Positions 60,284 through 64,000 of a stretch of DNA of 64,000 nucleotides are shown piece by piece. The first letter of the stretch is position 1, and each line of letters starts with the position of its first letter. Where the stretch lies: NCBI GenBank assembly GCA_963526625.1, contig CAURNF010000002.1, forward strand, positions 35,493 through 99,492. The letters run 5' to 3'. A program made the position numbers and the translations under genes. The notes below the pieces were generated by a model. It was not told the origin of the DNA. It saw only the letters and a program-made list of their open reading frames with translations, and ran no database searches. Source of the stretch: an uncultured Candidatus Saccharimonas sp. (GTDB lineage: Bacteria > Patescibacteriota > Saccharimonadia > Saccharimonadales > Saccharimonadaceae).

Positions 60284-60799
60284 ATGAAAGAACAAATTTT
60301 TAAAGGTCAAAGAGAAGGCGAAGAGTTTCTCTTTATGTTTCGAAAGCATATTATTGCAATGCGAAAGGGTTTTTACCTTTTTTTGGGTGTTTTTGCGATT
60401 TCTTGTTTGCCAACATTTTTTATGCTAACATCAGATAATCTAATGGATGCACTTTGGATTGCTTTGGGTGGATTTATTGTTGGTTTGATTTTATTTTTTT
60501 ATCAATTCATGCTTTGGTATTATTCTCTTTATATTGTTTCGAATGAGCGGATCCGCCAGATTACACAAAAAGGCTTTTTTGGGCGAAAGATGATGGACTT
60601 ACCGCTTTCGAAAATTCAAAGTGTTAATTTTGAAATCCCAGGTTTTTTTGGTGAAATTTTCCATTTTGGAACAATCAATATTTTTACAATTGTGGGTGAT
60701 TTAGAAATTAAAAATGTTGAACATCCAGAAGAGATTTATAATAAAATTCAAGATGCGATTTCGAAAGTTGAAATGGAGGGAGAAAATGAAGAATATTAG
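60284..60799 (+). CDS. Membrane protein with bacterial PH domain
   Basis: RKH motif, 2 TM helices, YIVSNERI..I.QKGFF...LSKIQSV...FHFGTI. Confidence 0.75.
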   Translation: MKEQIFKGQREGEEFLFMFRKHIIAMRKGFYLFLGVFAISCLPTFFMLTSDNLMDALWIALGGFIVGLILFFYQFMLWYYSLYIVSNERIRQITQKGFFGRKMMDLPLSKIQSVNFEIPGFFGEIFHFGTINIFTIVGDLEIKNVEHPEEIYNKIQDAISKVEMEGENEEY

Positions 60800-61835
60800 A
60801 GAAAAAGCCAAAAAAATTAGAGATAAGGTTTCGAAAAAACCTGAATCTCACGAAAGCCAGATTGCAAAAATTACAAATACGACACTTGAAGAACAACGTT
60901 GTGAGATTTTGAATAAGGGTAAAAAATTTAAATATCCTGTGCAGTATAGCAAAAATCGTTTAGTGATTAACGCCTTAATTATTGCTGGTGTAATTCTGAT
61001 TACAGGTGCGAGCTTGCTTTGGTATCAGCTTTATCAAGCTCAAAATACCAGTGAGTTTGTTTATCGTTTTACAACCATATTGCCATTTCCGATTGCAAAA
61101 GTTGATGGTGAGGAAGCACTTTATAGTGATTATTTGATGGAATATCGAGCAAATATGCAAATTGCAAATGCTAAAAAAGATGAAATTGAAGGAGCGAATA
61201 ATATAAGCGCACTTTCAACTTTAAATAAATCAAAAGCAATGAAAAATGCAATCGCAAATGCTTATGCCCAAAAAAAGGCTCGTGAACTTGGAATTTCAGT
61301 TTCAGATAAAGAAATTAGCGAAGCTTTTGACGCACAGCGAAAAATACAAAATACCGAGCTTACTGAAAGCGCTTTATATAAAATTGCGGCCGATAATTAT
61401 AGTCTTTCGCCAAGTGAATATCGCCGAATGTTTATTGAATTGCCACTACTTCGCCGAAAAGTGACTGCACAAATTGATAAAACGGCTGAAAACCTTAAAA
61501 ATGAGGTTTCAAAATATTTAAGTGAAAATGCGAATAATTTTTCGAAAGCTGTTGAACATTTTGGCGATAAAATTGAATACGCAAAACCTGGAAAAGTTCG
61601 AAAAACTAACATTGATGGTGGTCGTTCTAAAATTGCAGCAGGATTGAAAGTTGGTGAAGTTTCGAAACCGTTTATTTCAAACTCGGGTGATGGCTATTAT
61701 ATCGTTAAATTGATTGAAAAAACTGATAATGAAGTTAGTTATGAATCAGTGAAAATTAAATTTACCGAGTTTAATAGACAGCTTGAACAGCTTGAAAAAG
61801 ACGGTAAGATTAAAAAATATATTAAAGTTGACTAA
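60786..61835 (+). CDS. SurA/PrsA-like membrane-anchored chaperone (parvulin-like)
   Basis: TM; IAKVDGE; ARELGISVSDKEI; LKVGEVSKP...GYYIVKL. SD GGAGGG before ATG 60786. Confidence 0.75.
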   Translation: MKNIREKAKKIRDKVSKKPESHESQIAKITNTTLEEQRCEILNKGKKFKYPVQYSKNRLVINALIIAGVILITGASLLWYQLYQAQNTSEFVYRFTTILPFPIAKVDGEEALYSDYLMEYRANMQIANAKKDEIEGANNISALSTLNKSKAMKNAIANAYAQKKARELGISVSDKEISEAFDAQRKIQNTELTESALYKIAADNYSLSPSEYRRMFIELPLLRRKVTAQIDKTAENLKNEVSKYLSENANNFSKAVEHFGDKIEYAKPGKVRKTNIDGGRSKIAAGLKVGEVSKPFISNSGDGYYIVKLIEKTDNEVSYESVKIKFTEFNRQLEQLEKDGKIKKYIKVD

Positions 61836-61937
61836 ATAAATTGCACAGCAAAAGTTGTGCTTTTTATTTTTTACCTCAAAGGATTAATAATTAAAAAATA
61901 AAAAATCGCCGGAAAGCGATTCTTTAAAGTCTAAATT

Positions 61938-62015
61938 TGGCGCGCCCGACCGGATTCGAACCGGCGATCTCCTCCGTGACAGGGAGGCGTACTAGGCCAA
62001 CTATACCACGAGCGC
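61938..62015 (-). tRNA. tRNA-Asp(GTC)
   Basis: Reverse complement GCGCTCG...CCTCC-CT-GTC-AC-GGAGG...CGGGCGCGCCA. Confidence 0.96.
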
Positions 62016-62112
62016 ATCAGTAGACTAATACAATTTTATCAGACTCCAAGTAAAAAATCAAGCACTTTTTTGGTTTATTTTTCAAAAAGTTTGTGGTATA
62101 ATTTAAGTATAT

Positions 62113-62188
62113 GCCGATGTAGCTCAGTTGGTAGAGCAACGCACTCGTAACGCGTAGGTTAGCAGTTCAATCCTGCTCATCGGCTCCA
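62113..62188 (+). tRNA. tRNA-Thr(CGT)
   Basis: GCCGATG...CATCGGCTCCA; anticodon loop CT-CGT-AA. Confidence 0.95.
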
Positions 62189-62199
62189 ATTTATTTTTT

Positions 62200-62571
62200 A
62201 TGAAAACAATAGCTAATTTATTTAAACCAATTTTAAAAGACCGCAAAATGTTAATTTTGATGGCTTCTGTATTTCTATCTGGAATTATTTTCTTTATTTT
62301 TATGATTTTAAACACAAAATCGTATGACTATCTTTTGAATGTGCGTTATACGGTTTTTGGAACTAGTGAGTTCTATAAAGATTCCTGGACTTATCGTATC
62401 ATTTTGGCTATTTTTGGTCTAATTATTTCATTTATTCATAATATTATTATCGCAAAAATTTATAGTATTTCTGGTAGGCGCGTGGCTATAATTTTTGCAA
62501 TTTTTAGCATTATTCTTGTTCTAGTTGGTATGATAATTATAGGCACTTCAATTCGCGAGATCCCAAACTAA
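62200..62571 (+). CDS. Small membrane protein (3 TM)
   Basis: 123 aa, hydrophobic, RYTVFG motif. Coupled to the next gene (TAATG). Confidence 0.7.
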   Translation: MKTIANLFKPILKDRKMLILMASVFLSGIIFFIFMILNTKSYDYLLNVRYTVFGTSEFYKDSWTYRIILAIFGLIISFIHNIIIAKIYSISGRRVAIIFAIFSIILVLVGMIIIGTSIREIPN

Positions 62572-64000
62572 TGAGTAAGAAAGTTGATATTGAAATTCCA
62601 CTCGGAAAGCGAACTTTCAAGTATCGCTTTTTCGAAATTCTGCCAGCTTTTTTGAGCTTTGGTGCAATTATTTTAATGTTTATATTTTCGGCTTTTTCTC
62701 CTTTTTTAGCCTCTCTTTATCTTTTAACGATTATCACAACTCTTCTTGTCAAGGCGATTGGAATTGCCTATCGAATGATAACGGGTCATCTTCAGATTGA
62801 AAAAGCTCAAAAAGTTGATTGGAATAAACGTCTAAATGAACTTGAGAGTGCTGAAAAATCTTTAGATATTCTCAAAAATAAGAGAAATAACGAATACGAG
62901 TTTAAAAACCACCTTCGAAATTTGAATGATATTATAAAAAATCCAGCTAGCTTTCCAAAGCCGTCAAAGGTGAAAAATGCGGTAATTATTGCAGCTTATA
63001 ATGAGCCTTATGAAGTGATTCAGCCAACTATTCAATCTGTTTTGGCTTCAAATTATGATGCAAAAAACTTACTTATTTTCTTGGCTTATGAAGAACGGGG
63101 CGGTGAAGAAATTGAAAAAACTGCAATTAGGCTTAAAAAAGAATTTTCGAAAAGCTTTGGTGCTTTTGAAATTGTGAAACACCCAAAAAATCTACCAAAT
63201 GAAGTTGTTGGAAAGGGCGGAAATATCACTTTTGCTGGGCGAGCACTTCAAAAATATTGTGAAAACAATAAAATTCCTTTCGAAAACGTACTCGTTACAA
63301 CGCTTGATAGCGACAACAAGCCACATAAGGAATATTTTGCTTGCGCAACTTATAGTTTTATTGTTCATGAAGACCGTAAAAAACTTTCGTATCAGCCGGT
63401 TTCATTATTTTTGAATAATATTTGGGATGTTCCAGCTCCAATGCGTGTGGTTGCAACTGGTAATTCATTCTGGAATATCGTTTCAACAATGCGGCCGCAT
63501 CTTTTACGGAATTTTGCTTCGCACTCACAACCACTTGATGCTTTAGTTGAAATGGATTTTTGGTCAACTCGCACAATTGTTGAAGATGGTCATCAATTTT
63601 GGAGAAGTTATTTTCATTTTGGTGGCGACTATTATGTAGTGCCGATTCGTGTGCCAATTTACCAAGATGCGGTTCTAAGTGAAACTTTGCCAAAAACACT
63701 CAAGGCACAGTTTATTCAGCTTCGTCGCTGGATGTACGGAGCAAGCGATATACCATATGTTGCTAATTTATACTTTTCGAAAACTCGCAATGTGCCAATT
63801 GTTGATGGCTTAATGAAACTTATTCGCTTGATCGATGGTCATGTAACAGCTGTTTTTCAATCACCAATGGCTGCCTTTGGCGGTTGGGTACCACTGATTG
63901 TTTATGCTGCTTCTTCTCGTAGCGTGATTGTGCATCAATTACCAAATGTGATTAGTACACTTCAGCAAGTTGCAACTGTGGGGATTTTTATCACAATCTT
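62571..64000 (+). CDS. Processive membrane glycosyltransferase family 2, 3'-truncated by window edge
   Basis: Not in the ORF track because it has no stop in the window. My translation: MSKKVDIEIPLGKR...IIAAYNEP...GKGGN...TTLDSDN...IVEDGH...QLRRW (D,D,D,QxxRW). Confidence 0.88.
   Translation, partial: MSKKVDIEIPLGKRTFKYRFFEILPAFLSFGAIILMFIFSAFSPFLASLYLLTIITTLLVKAIGIAYRMITGHLQIEKAQKVDWNKRLNELESAEKSLDILKNKRNNEYEFKNHLRNLNDIIKNPASFPKPSKVKNAVIIAAYNEPYEVIQPTIQSVLASNYDAKNLLIFLAYEERGGEEIEKTAIRLKKEFSKSFGAFEIVKHPKNLPNEVVGKGGNITFAGRALQKYCENNKIPFENVLVTTLDSDNKPHKEYFACATYSFIVHEDRKKLSYQPVSLFLNNIWDVPAPMRVVATGNSFWNIVSTMRPHLLRNFASHSQPLDALVEMDFWSTRTIVEDGHQFWRSYFHFGGDYYVVPIRVPIYQDAVLSETLPKTLKAQFIQLRRWMYGASDIPYVANLYFSKTRNVPIVDGLMKLIRLIDGHVTAVFQSPMAAFGGWVPLIVYAASSRSVIVHQLPNVISTLQQVATVGIFITI

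Noticed and set aside
63199..63699. Three short ORFs at the window end
   Set aside because: They lie within the GT2 gene that starts at 62571 and runs off the window.

Overview
AT-rich (roughly one-third G+C, judged by eye) bacterial chromosome segment using the standard code 11. Gene content points to Candidatus Saccharibacteria (TM7, Patescibacteria/CPR): VirB2-like pilins, a pilM-N-O-(small gene)-pilB-pilT-pilC-pilD-prepilin cluster without pilQ, a compact RpoD and many apparently leaderless genes. This assignment is inference. Most of the window is housekeeping: murE, zwf, pgi/pmi, rlmH, pnp, rpsO, valS, a Fem-family transferase, tsaD, rpsT, truB, orn, dnaG, rpoD, mutM, holA, ftsK, rpsF-ssb-rpsR, efp, tlyA, ychF, a Xer recombinase, ndk and 9 tRNAs. 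Accessory material lies at about 7-10, 14-15.3, 18-22.4 and 30.6-31 kb. The most notable signals are: (1) a recurring promoter -> hairpin -> boxA-like leader element ahead of three orphan genes and one tRNA; (2) strong over-representation of the palindrome TTCGAA, which fades in foreign-looking DNA; (3) a small decaying island at 18.0-20.45 kb, bounded by related hairpins and carrying an uncharacterised two-gene operon; (4) pervasive leaderless transcription; (5) loss of zinc ligands in DnaG, PilB and S18; (6) an internalin-like protein with an SPETG sorting-like signal and a transglutaminase-like orphan. No CRISPR array, rRNA or intact transposase was seen. All calls come from reading the sequence; no searches were run.
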